A stretch of 64,000 nt of DNA, taken from Camelus dromedarius (lineage: Eukaryota). Positions 24,710 through 38,914 of this stretch are shown piece by piece (position 1 is the stretch's first letter; each line of letters opens with the position of its first letter). The stretch lies in assembly GCF_036321535.1 (NCBI RefSeq), contig NC_087472.1, positions 100,876,001 to 100,940,000 on the forward strand, in the 5' to 3' direction. A program made the position numbers and the translations under genes. The notes under the pieces are model-generated. The model saw nothing but the letters and a program-made list of their open reading frames with translations. It was not told where the DNA came from and searched no databases.

Positions 24710-27700
24710 GACTTCAGGTTTCAGCTCCAACACATAATGTACTTGGATATTGTCACTCCTGTCCTTACAACAAGAAAAAACCTGAACAAACTGCCTATCA
24801 ATGACTTTTATTAGGCTTATCACAGAACCGGAGATACAGAGCAAACTGAACTCCTAAAATCTGAAGAAACAGGCAAATACAGAGGATCATATCAAAGATT
24901 ACCTTACCTAAAACAGAAGGTGCTAGAATAATACACTAGTAAGAAAACTTAAATGGTAATTCTGACAAAGGCTTGTGAGTGAGAACTCCTGGGGGCCCAA
25001 TCTTAGGAGGGCCTCTACACTCTCATGCCTTTACCTCCAGGAACCTCACCAGGTTCTGACTATGAAGATCCAAGAACTATCTCCTCCCCTTTTCGGTAAG
25101 AGGAATAGAAGAGTAACCATTTTGAAATACACCCATGGGAGCAGTAACAACTTTTGAAGTAAGTCCAGAAGGTTCTCCAAAATAAAGGCCAATACTCCAA
25201 GGGAAATTTTACCAGAGCCTTATATAATGTCCTGGGAGAGAGGAAATTAGCTAAATATAGTCCCCTCTAGCCTTCTCATTTCACCTAAAAGGAAGTGGGG
25301 AAAAGGCTAAGAAATATTTCTAAAGGTTTCAGTCCAGGGCTCAGACCCTCCAAAAGACTGAGATTTGGTCCTAACATTATAAAACACTTCCCTTTTCTAC
25401 ACTCTACCACTGTGTCACCAAGGTTCCAGTACAGTAACAGTGGATTATAGCAAAAAGAGTTGCAAGAAACAGCTTTTATTTAAAAAGGAGTGCTTAAGGA
25501 AAGTCAAAGACAGTGAGGGAGAAAAATAAACAAAAAACTAAGATACCAGAGGAAACTGAAGCCTTTGGCACCTACACCTACAACAAACATTAAACACAGC
25601 CCAATTCCCAGCCAAATTAACATAAAACCTTAGACTAAAGGCCCATTTACCTCAGTTCCTATTATCCAATATATCCTACCTGGCTTAAAAAAAAACAAAA
25701 CAGTAAAAGCATGCTAAGAGGCAAGGAAAAACAGAGTATGAGGACGTAAAGCAAGCATCAGAACAAAACACAGGGTTGGGGATTACGCAGGATAAGTTCA
25801 GATAGGGAATTTTAAAACGGCTATGATTACTACGTTAAGAGCTCTAATGGAAAAAGTAGACAACACGCAAGAACAAATAAATAATGTAAACATATACAAC
25901 CCTAAGGATGAATTGAAAGGAGATGCTAAAAATAAAAAACACTATTATAAAAATGAATAGTATCTTTAACGGAGTCATCAGTAGATTGGACACAGCTAAG
26001 GAAAGAATCTGTGAATTTAAAGAGATGTCAATAGAAACTTCCCAAACTAAAATGCAAACAAACAAAAAAAAAAAAGAATTTTAAAAAGCAAAATAGAATA
26101 TCCAAGAACTATGGGACAATTATAAAAGGTATTCACTGGACTACCAGAAAGAGAAGAATGAGACAAAGGAGAAAAAGTATTTGAAGGAATACTGGATAAG
26201 AATCTTCCAAAATTAATGACATACCAAATCACACATCCAGGAAGCTCAGAGCAGACCAAGCAATACAAATATCAAAAAACCTACACCTCAACACACCATA
26301 TTCAAACTACAGAAAACCAAACACAAAGAGAAAATCATGAAAGAAGCAAGAGGGGAAAAACACCTTACTCAGAGATAACAAGGATAAGAAGTACATTTGA
26401 CTTTTTGTCAGAAGCCATGAAGTAAAATATTTAGTGTTGGAGGAAAAAAAAAAAAAACCAACCTAGAAGGTATTCAGTGAAATTACCCTTCAAAAAGTGA
26501 AAGAGAAACAAGGACTTTCTCAGATAAACAAAAACTGAGGGAATCTGTCACCAGTAGTTCTGCCTAGTAAAAAAACTGTTTTAAAAAGTTCTTCAGAGAA
26601 GTAAAATGATATAGGTCATAAACAGGTTCCTTGAAAAGATCAACAAAACTGATAAGCCTCTAGCCAAGATAACCAACAAAAAAGAGAGGAGACACAAATT
26701 ATTAATATCAGAAATGAAAGAAAGTCATCACTACCAATCACATGGGCATTAAAAGGATAGTAAAGGAATATTATGAACAAATTTATGTCTACAAATTTGA
26801 TAACTTAGATAAATGGTCCAAATCCTTCAAAGATACAAAACCACTTTCTTATATACCAGCAATGAACAAGTAGGATTTAAAATTAAAAACAATACCATTT
26901 ACACTATCACCAAAAGAAAAAAAAGTACTTAGGTATAAATCTAACAAAACATTTGTAAGATATGTATGTGAAAAAACTATGTAACTCTGTTGAAAGAAAT
27001 CAAAGAGAGATATGAGAAATCAAGGGGAGAGAGAACTCTGTGTGCATGGACTAGAAGACACAATATTGTTAAAATATTAGTTCCCAACTTGATCTACAGA
27101 TTCAATGTAATCCCAATCCTAGCAAGCTATTTTGTAGAAATCAACAAACTGTTCTTAAAGAAAATATGAAAAGGCAAAGGATCCAGAATAGCCAACACAA
27201 TCCTGAAAAAGAACAACAAAATTGGAGGACCTGACTTTAAGACTTACTATAAAGCTACAGTAATCAAGACAGTATGGTATTGGTGAAGAATAGACACTCA
27301 GATCCATGAAACAGAACAGAGACCCCCAAAAAAGACTCAACACAAACACAGCTGATTTCTAACAAAGAAGCAGAGGCAATCCAATGGAAAAAGAAGTCTT
27401 TTCAACAAATGGTTGAAATAACCCAATTAAAAATGGGCAAAGGACTTGACATTTCTCTAAAGATATACAAACAGCCAACAGCACATGAAAAGATTTCTAA
27501 TGTCATTAATCATTAGAGACATGCAAATCAAAACCACAATATGATACCACTATGTCCACTAGGATGGCTATAATTTTTTTTAAAAAAGTGTTGGCAGGGA
27601 TGTGGAGAAACTGGAACCCTTGTACATTGCTGGCAGGAATGTAAAGTGGTACAGCTGCTGTGGAAAAAGGTTTTGCTGTTCCTCGAAAAAGTTAAACACA

Positions 27701-28246
27701 GAATTCCCATATTACCTAGCATTTCCACTCCTTGGTATATACCCAAAAGAAATGAAAATAGGAACTCAAACAAAACTTGACCACGAAAGTTCGCAGCAAC
27801 ACCATTCACAATAGTCAAAACATGAAAACAACCCAAATGTCCATCCACAGATAAATGGATAAACAAAATGTGATATATCCATAAAATAGAATATTATTCA
27901 ATCATAAACAAGGAATGAAGTAACAATATAGGCTACAACATGGATCTCAAAAATACACTAAGTGAGAGAAGTCAAACTCAAATGGTCACACATTGCATGA
28001 TTCCATTTATATGAAATATCTAGAATAGATAAATCTATAGAGACAGAAAGCAGATTGGTGGTTGCCACGGAGAGTGAGCACTTAATGGATCTGGGGTTTT
28101 CTTTTGGGGGAATGAAAATATTTAGAAACTTGATAGAGGTAGTAGTTGCACAACACTGTGAATGTACTAAATGCTACTGGACTGTACACTTTAAAATGGT
28201 CAATTTTACATTATGTGAATTTTACCTCAATTAAAGAAAAAAAAAA
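24710..28246 (+). mobile_element. L1 (L1MB-like) with 5'UTR, ORF1 remnant, heavily deleted ORF2, 3'UTR and A-tail
   Basis: ORF1 coiled-coil-like region at about 25800-26600, ORF2 C-terminal motif (FPLLGIYPKEMK), and 3' end atgtgaattttacctcaatt followed by A-tail. Confidence 0.85.
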
Positions 28247-28430
28247 TTCCTGGCTCTTACACCTACTAACTTGTACGGTCTTCAGGAAACTAACCTATTT
28301 GAGCATCAGTTTCCCCCATGTAAAAGGAAGGTAAGTCTAACTTTTATGGTTATCAGAGGATCTAAAGAGTAATGAAAATAAAGCACCTAGCACAATGCCT
28401 AGAATTTAAGAGGTACTTGAAACAGAGATT
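28247..28430 (+). mobile_element. MIR SINE
   Basis: tcagtttcccccatgtaaaag and aagcacctagcacaatgcct motifs. Confidence 0.65.
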
Positions 28431-28948
28431 ACTATTGCTTCTTAACTTAATTTCTCATTTATGGCCACTTGAATTATATTAGGAAGATATGTCAAGTTTT
28501 TTGTCTCCAAAGAATTTTATTCTTCCTGTTTGTGAGAATGTCCTTTTCTTTAACTCAAGTAATCTTTCATAGTCTTAATGAAATCTGTTTTTTTCTTTGT
28601 ATTCATCTTTGGATGAAAAGAGAGCTATTCAGGCCACTGATGGAACATAGTGTAACAGACTGTATGTGTCTCTGTACACCCAGTTGCTAGCAAAGTCCAC
28701 TTCTCTGACAGTTGATATGTGAAAGAGGTAACCAATATAAAATTTCCTACCCAGATAGTCAAAGGATTTATTTAAGTCCAGCTCAAAGGAAAAGTAATTT
28801 TCAGTGGAAGTCCTACATTTTATTAACCCTATTCCTCAGGCTCCAAGAGCACTATGGGTAAAGAAACAAATAGAAATTGAGATTGTTGGTCCACTAAGGC
28901 CACTATACTGTTTTCACCATATTCTCCTAGTTAGGGCTTGCTCAACAT

Positions 28949-29161
28949 CAGAAGTCAGCAAACTTTTTCTGTTAAGTGCCACAAAATAAATATTTTAGGC
29001 TTTGTATGTCATACGGTCTCCTTTGCAACTACTCAACTCTGTCATTTTAGTGCAAAAGCATCCATAGAAAATATGCAAATGAGTGTAGCTATATTCTACT
29101 AAACTTTATAAAATAGGTGGCGGGCCAGATTTGGCCCACAGGCAGTAGTTTGCCAATTCCA
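28949..29161 (+). mobile_element. MER58A (hAT-Charlie MITE)
   Basis: CAGCAAACTTTTTCTG...GCAACTACTCAACTCTG...GCGGGCCAGATTTGGCCC...TAGTTTGCC. Confidence 0.88.
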
Positions 29162-30005
29162 GATCTACACTGTCACCATCCTAATATGGTGTCCTTAAAG
29201 GAAATGACTTGGTCCATGTGGACCAAGTTTCAGCTGTGCCATTGGGGAAGGTTCTACAATCCACCAATACAGCACCTAGGATTCTAGGCCTTATGACACT
29301 CAGAGGTAAACAAAGGCTCTCACTATACCATTCTCATTCAGCTGTCATCAACCAACAGTGTTATTCCTAATTCTACTCCTATCTTTGTGGTGGTTCTCTT
29401 ACGGGGTTCTGGGAAATGCTTGTTTCTTTCTTTCTTTCTTTTTTACTACTAACATGAGTTTTTTCCTAAGCAGGTTTTAATGGAGTATTTATTGGAAAAA
29501 AAAAAAAAAGAAAGTTTTATACTATCATTTCATCTACAATTATCTCTCAAATTTACCTCTCTCAAACTGTATTTTAAGCTTCCTGACAAAAGAAAATATG
29601 ATCTTGTATTTGTTAATTTATACATGCTAGACAGAATTTCTCAAAAATGGAAATTACATCTTACTGATTTTTGCTGAGCCAGTGTCTTAACAGAGTGCCT
29701 GATTTTGTAGGCATTCCAGAGATTTTTCTTAAACAGATGTTTGGCTGAATTTTACATTATAATACTATGCCTAGAATACAGAGCAGGAGATAGAAAAAAA
29801 TGTTATTTAATATTTTTAATTAAAATGCTTTAAACATAGGAAACAAACCTTTAAATTAAGAAATAATAATGCTGAAAAGCATTGCAGAATGTAAACTATA
29901 GTTTTTAATAGTATTTCAGGGGTAGATTACTTTTTATATAGAAATAGATCCCCATGCACTACTTTCCAGTTACTAATTTCAACAACTGATAAAGAGTTAT
30001 GCTTA

Positions 30006-30324
30006 GGAATATAATTTGGTACAGCTACTAGGGAAAACACTACAGAGATTCCTTAAAAAATTAAAAATAGAGTTACTGTATGATCTAGCAATCCCACTCC
30101 TGGGCATATATCCAGAGAAAACTCCAATTCAAAAAGATACATGCACCCCAATGTTCACAGTGGCACAATTTACAATAACCAAGACATGGAAACAACCTGA
30201 ATGTCCACCGACAGATGACTGGATAAAGAAGTTGTGGTATATATGTATACAATGGAATACTACTCAGCCATAAGAGAATCAAATAATGCCATTTGTAGCA
30301 ATGCAGATGGACCTGGAGACCGTC
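30006..30324 (+). mobile_element. Young L1 ORF2 C-terminal fragment, truncated at both ends
   Basis: [23 protein letters not shown]...TWKQP; very similar to the copy at 62218. Confidence 0.9.
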
Positions 30325-31848
30325 TTCCAGATTGAGGGGCTTAGGAATCGAGGAGGGATGAATCATTTAGGACTGAGTCACTATAAGAAGGATGAATGAG
30401 GTAAAATATTCTGTGTAGACAATGCAGGCAGAGCTAGCAGTGGCTAGTTTTAATATGACCATTCCTTTATCTCATTTACAAAAAAACAAGAAAAACAAAT
30501 CCAAATTAGGATGGTGAGGATAAAGTCAACCAGGAAGCCTACAAAAGCCCCAAATTCTTACAGTTCCCTAAAGAAGTCACATTCACCTGGAAATGACACA
30601 TGAGCCACTATTTCTTTTATTGATAACAAGACAATAGAAACATGGATAGTTTTTCCTATATCAACAGACTAGCATTATTGGAAATACAGAATACTTACAA
30701 TACAAAGAAGTCTGATTTTGGTAGGACTTTTGTAGTATTCCAGAGACTGTTCTACAATTAATCAGATCAGCAACAAAAACCGGGTCAAGAGAGAAAACCA
30801 CACAGAAGTAATGGTTCTACATGAGTGCCTCTGTAAGAAGAGACAGAAGATGTTTTCCCCCATTAATGATTCCTACTATCTTTGCTCCTGACCTGAAGTA
30901 CAGCTTAACACTTACATCTCATTAATCTTCATAATCTGCCATAAATTAATGTCATTTCAGAGAGTGCAATTACTTAAAATAAGATTATGATAAAATAATC
31001 AATACTGAAATATTTCCAGCTTCTTAAAACCTTTATTAAAAACCCTGAGCCTCTCTATAATCTTTAAATGCTAGAAATTTTGCACACAAAAGCAAGAACC
31101 TGTATCTTATTTTTTATTTAAATATGAAGGAATGTAACTACAAAGTAAATCATTAATCCCATATATTCAGTTTCTCATTGCTGACTCATTTCTTTAAAGT
31201 TTTAAAACTTCAATTCACATGTAAAACATAAAACTGAAAGTTAAAGAAAAACATTTGTTTTATTTAATGCAGGAAAAAACCTGAAAAAATAAGTTTATTT
31301 TGTTCTACTAGAAAATAATTGTGTGGTTTTAGATGGCAACTATAAATAATCTGTTAAATTGATAATGGTTCGCTGACTTTTGCTCAAGTATCTTCTTAAA
31401 ATAATTTGGTTTTAAAAAAGCAACCAAGTCATCATTTTGCTTTTTGGTAGAAAAACAAAATTAATCTGAAAAAAAAATGGAATCACTAATTCAAAATGTA
31501 TATTGCTCACTAAAAATGAAGCCTTAGAGCAAAATACAAATTTGTGAATATTAAGTAATAACAAACAGCCAAAAAATGCCTTTTAGTAGGGGAAAAGATG
31601 GGTATTTCCGACTAAAAAATATTTAATCAAAACTGTCCTTCCTACTACTCTCAATCTCCATTTCTGTACTCTCAAAAGAGAAAAGTGACACAATCCAGAC
31701 CCTTTCTATGCAACTTAGCATTAATATATCATGTTACTGAAAGCAGTCATTAAGAAATGGCATTGTTAAATGAAATGAATTTTCTCACTTCTCAATCCTT
31801 ATTATCATGGATCTTCTTTACGGATTTTCACACTATTGGTAAAAATTA

Positions 31849-31975
31849 TTTTTTTGTGTGGGAGGAGGTAAATAGGTTTATTTATTCATTTATTTTTATA
31901 AAGGTACTGGGGATTGAATCCATGATCTCATGCATGCTAAGCACATACTCTACGACTGAGTTATACCCTCCCCCC
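31849..31975 (-). mobile_element. tRNA-derived SINE (camelid vic-1-like)
   Basis: GGGGAGGGTATAACTCAGTCGTAGAG...GCTTAGCATGCA...TTCAATCCCCAGTACC followed by an AAAT-rich tail. Confidence 0.85.
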
Positions 31976-32079
31976 ATCCTTTAGCTTCAGTGTGATTGAA
32001 GTAGCTCCCAGGTATATGTTATTTTTTCTAAGTTGTTTTTTAAATCCCCCTTGTCTTCCAAGAGAATATCAGGTTAAAC

Positions 32080-32155
32080 TTTTTTTTTTTAATGGAGGTA
32101 ATGGGGCCTCGTGCATGCTAAGCATGTGCTCCACCACTGACCTATTACCCTCCCC
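32080..32155 (-). mobile_element. vic-1-like SINE with B-box deletion
   Basis: Same head and GCTTAGCATGCACGAGG core; the GGTTCAAT segment is missing; A-tail present. Confidence 0.8.
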
Positions 32156-32318
32156 AAAAGCTATTTTTAACAGTTTGTCTTCCTTGCTTTCAAGAGGTCT
32201 GCTCCCTCTCCTTTCAGTACGATCATTTTAAACATGCCTTTCACTCTGCTCTGTCCTTCCTCTTGGAAGGTTCATACCATTTCACAGTTTCAGCTCAGGC
32301 TCAAGATAGCTATTTCTG

Positions 32319-32381
32319 GTATAACAGAAACTAACACAACATTGTAAATCAACTATACTTCACTTAAAAAAATTTTTTTTA
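32319..32381 (+). mobile_element. About 63-bp L1 3'-terminal fragment with 16-bp TSD, inserted at the head of a MIR
   Basis: acaacattgtaaatcaactatacttca plus A7. TSD AAGA(T/C)AGCTATTTCTG at 32303-32318 and 32382-32397; the MIR continues to about 32600. Confidence 0.85.
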
Positions 32382-35023
32382 AAGACAGCTATTTCTGAAG
32401 TCAGATCAAAGCCTGGTTTCACCACTTATCAGCTACATGATCTTGGCCCTGTTACATAGCCTCTCTCTGACTTAGTTTCCTCATCTGTAAAATGGGGGAG
32501 ACAGTAGTGCTGTTGTGGGGTTTAAATGTAAAATAGAAATCACTTAGTAGAGTGCCTAGCATATGGTAGATGCTCCATACGTGGTATTTACTAATATCAG
32601 GTTTGGTAATCTGCTAACATTTTATTCTTTACTATGAAAGCCAAACTCATTAAAATTTCTCCCCCTAAACTTACACTCCCTTTGTAAGTTTAGTGAGACA
32701 AATGTTACCAATGCTTTTTCAATTTACCACAAATCCTTGGGATCATCTTTAATCCTTCCACAGGAACCTGCTACTTTGCAACAGCTCTCTACTGTGTCCT
32801 TTGTTTTTGGTTCTGTAATTTAAGTCAATTTTATTAATTTAATGCTTATAGGCTGTACTCTAGATTGTTCATGGGATTGTATTTCAAGAGCATATGTTAC
32901 CTACTACCTCAAAACAAACAAAAACTTCTCATAAGTCAACCACAGGAAAGGAACTACAGGAATCAGCACTTCCCTGTCCTAGGCTCAATTAGCATCAATC
33001 TCCAACCTCTCTCTATCCAGCTGTTCAACCTCTCTTGCCTCAAGTTCTAATTGCATCCCCCTATTTCAATTCCATTCCATTCTCCCTACTTTGTTGTGAG
33101 GATGACCTCTTTGGGCTTCTGTGAAGAAAAGTATGCTGTAAAACATGCCTTCCTTCTCAGAGGCACTGCAAAGCAGACACACAGATAAAATCAGCAATGC
33201 ATATCTGCAGAGTAAAGGTCCAAACCAGAAATTCTTCCAAATGTGAGCAGTCATAAAGCCCCATAAGGAGCTGAACAGTCATTGTAAGAATTGTCATATA
33301 TATGCCAATATGCATATATAAACAATAAACAGATGCTGTCAAAAAAAGAGTAGTTATATTTTTCTTTTTTAATTGAGCAGCATTTATTTCAGTAAATTAA
33401 GAAGTATGATCTTTGGCCTGGAATAGCCCAACATCGTATTATGTTCACAAAAGACAAGAAATATCTGTTTATAAATACGTCTAAATTTCTTGCAACAGTA
33501 CACAGATTAAAACAGTGATTTTCTTTCATACTTATGCAAATACACAATATGCTAGGAATTATTTATTTATATATACAACCACAGCCAACCTTCTCAAAAA
33601 GAGATCAAATTTATGCATAAGTGATCACACAGACCTTTGCATAAGTAATCACAACAGACCTGATTTATACATTTTTAAAGCATTTTATTAAAATTTTAAA
33701 AGGTATGCAATATATGGGTTTGATTATTTCACATATAATGGGCACAAAAGGGAGGATTAAATCCATTTTTAACTATAATGAGATTTCACAGTAATACATT
33801 CATTTGATCCTAAAGGGTTAAGTTATGCTTCAAATTTTCTATCCAGTGGTATCTTTTTAGACGTATGAAAGAAAACAGCAACAATAATTAGAGAGCTGGT
33901 CTGTGAGTCCTTCATTTAGTGAAGGGCGGTAAAAAAAAAAAAAAGTATTCTTTTTAGATGCGATCTCATTTGCAGCAACCTCACAGGTCATTTTTTAAAG
34001 CATCTATTCTTCTATCTCTTCAGACAGATCATAAGACATGTAAGGGTATGAAAACTTCGGTTCATTCATCCTTATAACTCAAAGTGCCCTATGTATGGCC
34101 ACTAGGAATCAGAGTTCACATTTAGAGTTGGTTTCCCAAGAGCAGAGATGCCTGTACTCATCCACTTTCACTCTGGGTTCATCTTGCTGGCACTAATAGT
34201 GTGCATTATGAGAACCAGGTACAGGTAATAAGCATGTTTTAACAAACAAGTAAACCAGATATATGGAAAGATAAAAATAATATATTCAACTAATAAACTT
34301 TATTTTTACATAAAAGGCAAGAGAGCTTAGATAAGATCAAAAGAAAGTATAGGGGAAAATGTCACAGGAAGAAGTATCACAAAGACTCAGAGAAAACGAT
34401 GTTGGAAGATTTGCCATTATATATCAGAAATCCCTAGGTTTTAAAATTCAAGGATTAGGACTAAGAACTGAAGCTTCCATTTGCTGTGTTGTATAAACAG
34501 AGCCATAGTACAAAAGGGGGTATTAACGTTTATGAAAGAGTCAAATTTAACTTGGAAACTAACAACCTATTTTCTTTGAGTAGTATCCACGCAAGAATTT
34601 TATTTTTTTAAAGCTTCATAAATTTATAATTCAAGGCACCTCCTTAAAAGCATAGCATTTCATTAGAAAGCTTTCCATTTGCTTAGTTTCAAATTGCAGT
34701 AATATTTCTTAATGAGGTATTTAATGTGTAAAACTTTTTATTATATGTATTATTTTAAATTCTTAATCATCCTGAATCAAGAGTCAATAGTATCTAAACC
34801 ATTTTTTGAGGACTTACTGGCAAAGATCTTCAGATAACTATTAACCAACATAAACTATTTCAAACACCCAATTCCAAGAATAGAAAATTCTTTGAATTAA
34901 AATAAGAGACCTATGATCTAAATCCTAAACACAACTGTCATGCAGCTTTAATTTCAAATGAAGGTAATATTTAGTATAATAGGAAAGAAAAAGTAAACAT
35001 AAAAATTATATCATCTTTATTTC

Positions 35024-35110
35024 TGTGTGTGTGTGTGTATATATATACACACATATATATATACATACATACATACACACATATATACATACATACATAC
35101 ATACATACAT
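35024..35110. repeat. (TG)n(TA)n(TACA)n microsatellite
   Basis: Read directly from the sequence. Confidence 0.95.
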
Positions 35111-36195
35111 GTTATGATAGATTTGAGAATTTAAATCAAATGGCTTGGGCTAAATTGCTAAGCTTATCTCAGATATAAATTATATTATTATAAAATATCA
35201 CAAAAAACTTTAATTTTTTAATAGTACAACTAACATTTATTTAATACATTGTAACTTAAAACATTATGAACACTAAGAATTAAAATGTTTTATTTCCTTG
35301 TAAGAAAACTACTCAAAAGTAGCTGTTGAACAATGCTTGCCTCTTTCAACATGATATAGAGAGAGAGCGTCTTCTCTATCCCTTCATGAATTATTTTATT
35401 TCTAAGTTTGGATCAGAAAAAACTTTAAATATTGGTCTTAACAAATTATACACAAAATAGCATGAGGCCAGATAATAATATTCAGACTAGGTATACCATA
35501 TTAGAAAAATATTTAACCTAATGTTTGAAATTGTTACAGCTTAATCACTTGCCATTTTAAATTTAGTCTTTGAGTAAAACATGCTCAACACTGAGCAAAA
35601 GCTATGGAAACTTGAAATAAGTTCCCTGAATAACTAGTGATTATTATCATAGTCAAATAATCTATATAAAAAGATTCATTTCAAGGCTATTCAAGGGTGA
35701 TCAGCTACAGCTAATAATCATAATCATATATGATTACCCCAAGTCCTATTTCATAACCAAACACCTATCCACTACTCTTCAAAATCTGGATTCTGATCCA
35801 ACAAGCAATCTAAGTTACTGGGTCTACATGAAAAATATTGACTGAATGAAATGCCTCCTTGCTCTTAAGTACTTGAACATAATTAAATCTATCATCACTT
35901 TTATTTTTTTCTCTACCAACCTTTCTCTCATCCCATTAGGCAGCTTTGTATCTATACATAGGTCAGTTGAAAAAAATAGCACATGATTATAAAGAACTAA
36001 TGATTACCTAATCATGATAAAGCTTGTCCAAAAGTAGTCTCCTTCTTCTGGGTTCAAATATTAGTTCTAATTCATTAGGCATCATCATCATAGCCAAATA
36101 ATTTTAATTCTGTGCCCAAATGCACAGAATGCTACATTAGTTTCAAAACAGTTAAACATAAATAGATATTTTCTTTTTAAAAATCATGCACTTGC

Positions 36196-36230
36196 CTTGT
36201 GTCTGCATTTAAGTACAACTCCATAGGCTC
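36196..36230 (-). CDS. CDKL5: CDKL5 exon 3 (35 nt, c.65-99), (G)AYGVVLKCRHK
   Basis: ccctaattgtttactttttttttaaattatag|GAGCCTATGGAGTTGTACTTAAATGCAGACACAAG|gcaagt. It is in phase with exon 2, completes the kinase glycine loop GEGAYG, and has a branch-point-like CCCTAAT and a T-tract upstream. Confidence 0.96.
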
Positions 36231-38221
36231 CTATAATTTAAAAAAAAAGTAAACAATTAGGGGCATGTACAAAAAGTACAGCTCTTGGAGAAATCAAAGT
36301 TCTACTATATTTACATTGGTTATCAGTATATGGTTTAGAAATGATTCCTAAAACGACAATATTCTGCAGTGATAATCCAATGACTCACACACAAAGAGAG
36401 CATGAATATTTAACATATTTTTTATAAATCAAGAGTATAAGCAACCCATTTCCCCAATAAGTATGTATATTTAAATGTTTCTCTTTTTAAAGAAAATTTC
36501 ACTTGAGACATTTTTTAACTTAAGCTTAAAAAATTTCTAGAGACAAGACTTGGACATATTAACTTTAACAGTAAATTAAAATTAACTCAAAAGATTCTAG
36601 GGAACTCAAAATTTAAGAGCTAACAGTTCCCCAAAAGTAGGCTCAAGCAGTGAGCCTACCAAGTATGTTCTCGGTCCTAGGAGACAATTAAATCCTCTTT
36701 TAGGATACTAGGATGTCTTTCCTGGATGGGAAAATAGTAAGTACAGGCCTCATCTCAGCATTTCAGTTAATAACTATTAGAAGTTGCTACATTTTTGCCA
36801 TAAATACTCAGTTCAATGGCACCAGCACAAGTCGTCCAAGGACCTCTGACCATTTATAGCCAAGCACTCCCAATTTCTCTGATATATTTCAAATGAGATG
36901 TATCAATACCTTCTGGGTTACCTATCCTATCAACTAGCCAGTAAACAATTTCCTTAGACATAGAACACAGAGTTGACAGTAAGGTACCCAGGAAACTGAT
37001 GCTAAAGTTATAATGTGAAAAATCTAATTAGGAGAATCAAAATGTAATGTATCATAACTGAAGTTTGTAGAAAGATCAAGAACATTGATGTTAACAGACA
37101 GACAAAACTTAAATTCAACTATGAGAAGGGGACTTAGCATTTATATCTTTAAAGCAAACATTACAAAAATTGGGAATGTGTCTCCAACAGAGTCTGGGAA
37201 ACCAGAACAAGTATCCTCCACTTGATAGAGATGGATGAAATCTTATTATCATAGTTGTGGAACTAGCCACTAAGCCATCCAACTCAACTCCACAATTACC
37301 AGGCAATCATCCAATCTTCATTTAACTGCCCATGCTAATTTTTCTATGGGGTGAAAATGCACTGCTTAGGATGCAGGAATGTAGTTTGCTTCACAGTTTT
37401 TAATTTCCTTAATATATATGTATTTTACAGCCAAAGAGCATCCTCTGAGGTAGTTTACAAACAAAAAAAAACTTACAGCAATGACGGTTCTGACTACAAC
37501 TTAAACTGACATATTCTGATTTATGTAAGTCTGGTAGTTTTAATTAATTTAAGCCAATCCCTGAGAGGACGATTATCTATGGGTACACTAAGAAAAACAA
37601 GGCTGTAATCCAGAAAAACTTAGGTCCACAATCTGGAACATTCCAACTCTGTTACACCCTAGGAGATGACCTTCTCCAGTGAGTAGTTTTACTGCTTAAG
37701 TCTCTATAATACTTCTGAAAATACAATAATAAGAAATAACAAAAAAGGGAGGTATTATAAAACTAATAGTAGATAAGATATTGATAATGAATTTTATTTA
37801 CATAAGAAATATCAGTGAAAAAGAGGAAAAGGAGTTGACTTGTGAAGGAAGAAGGATCCATTCTTTTTATGTGGTTTCCTCAGACCCGGACGTAAACACC
37901 CAGTGATTAGACAGTATTTTAATTGTTTCTATTTATTTGAAAAGGATTTAACAACTTAATATTAAAATCCAGAACAACTTTGCTGTTGACAAAGGTAAAT
38001 TTTTAAAACTTCTTTTAAAATTCAAATTTTATTTGAAAATTCTAAAATATGAAATTTTTGTAATACTTGCTTTAAAGATATAAATGCTAAGAAACCACAA
38101 TTACAATCACTTATACCCTGTTAATTTTATGGAAATTTCAATAAATGATTCTGTTATCTTTAAGTCAAGAGCAAAAATTAGTAAGAAGGAAAAATCAGGA
38201 AGACTTATGAAAAATGAATTA

Positions 38222-38395
38222 CTATATTTCATCAAATTGATGACATCATTGACTATACGTATTATTTTATGTACTACTAGGAAAGAAATTGTGCTGCTAA
38301 TTAAACCATGATGCTACTGATTATAACACACATCCTGATTTCAGAGATGTTAAAACAGTACCAAATTGTGTAGCTCAGAATTTATAAAATGTGAA
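38222..38395 (+). mobile_element. MER104-like Tc2 MITE
   Basis: tatttcatcaaatt start and catcctgatttcagagatgttaaaa internal motif. Confidence 0.6.
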
Positions 38396-38812
38396 TCTGT
38401 TATTCTCAAAGACAAATAGAAGTTATTTATTCATTTATTTATACCTCATATTAAGTAAAATTTAACTTACATAAATTTTAAGTTATTCAAAATAAGCCTA
38501 ACTTACATAAAAATTAAATGTAATCCCAAAATTGTAGGATAAAGAAACTGTGATTGCTAATGAAAAGAATGAAATGAAGGCAGCCTTAATAAATCCTTGA
38601 TTTCTTAAACTTCAAAGAGTTTTTAAATGTTACTGACTTTCAGTTCAAGAATAACACCTAAATAGTTTAAAAGTAATTTTACTTTTAATATTTTACTCTT
38701 AGGCACATACATGAGTTGATATAGGTTAAATTAATAGAATCTGAATTAATAACTTTTTCAGTGGTAAGTATGATTGTACATTGTTCAAAAACTCAAGGAA
38801 TGCTAAACTTAC

Positions 38813-38876
38813 CTTCACCTACAACCCCAAGGATCTCAAATTTATTCATCACATTACCAATGTTAGGAATCTTCAT
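38813..38876 (-). CDS. CDKL5: Cyclin-dependent kinase-like 5, coding part of exon 2 (c.1-64), [21 protein letters not shown](G)
   Basis: Reverse complement reads ATGAAGATTCCTAACATTGGTAATGTGATGAATAAATTTGAGATCCTTGGGGTTGTAGGTGAAG|gtaagt. The peptide matches the CDKL5 N-terminus as I recall it, and the GT donor at 38812-38811 is perfect. Confidence 0.97.
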
Positions 38877-38914
38877 GAAGACAAACTCCTCTTTTGATTC
38901 AAGCCACAGAACAT
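38873..38914 (-). promoter_or_regulatory. Upstream ORF ([13 protein letters not shown]) whose TGA overlaps the CDKL5 ATG
   Basis: GCC ATG TTC TGT GGC TTG AAT CAA AAG AGG AGT TTG TCT TCA TGA. The stop at 38875-38873 overlaps the main ATG at 38876-38874. Translation is not demonstrated. Confidence 0.65.

Noticed and set aside
36637..36659. 9-bp hairpin GTAGGCTCA-agcag-TGAGCCTAC in intron 2 (a similar one at about 45362-45385)
   Set aside because: Too short for a pre-miRNA and within chance expectation for 64 kb.
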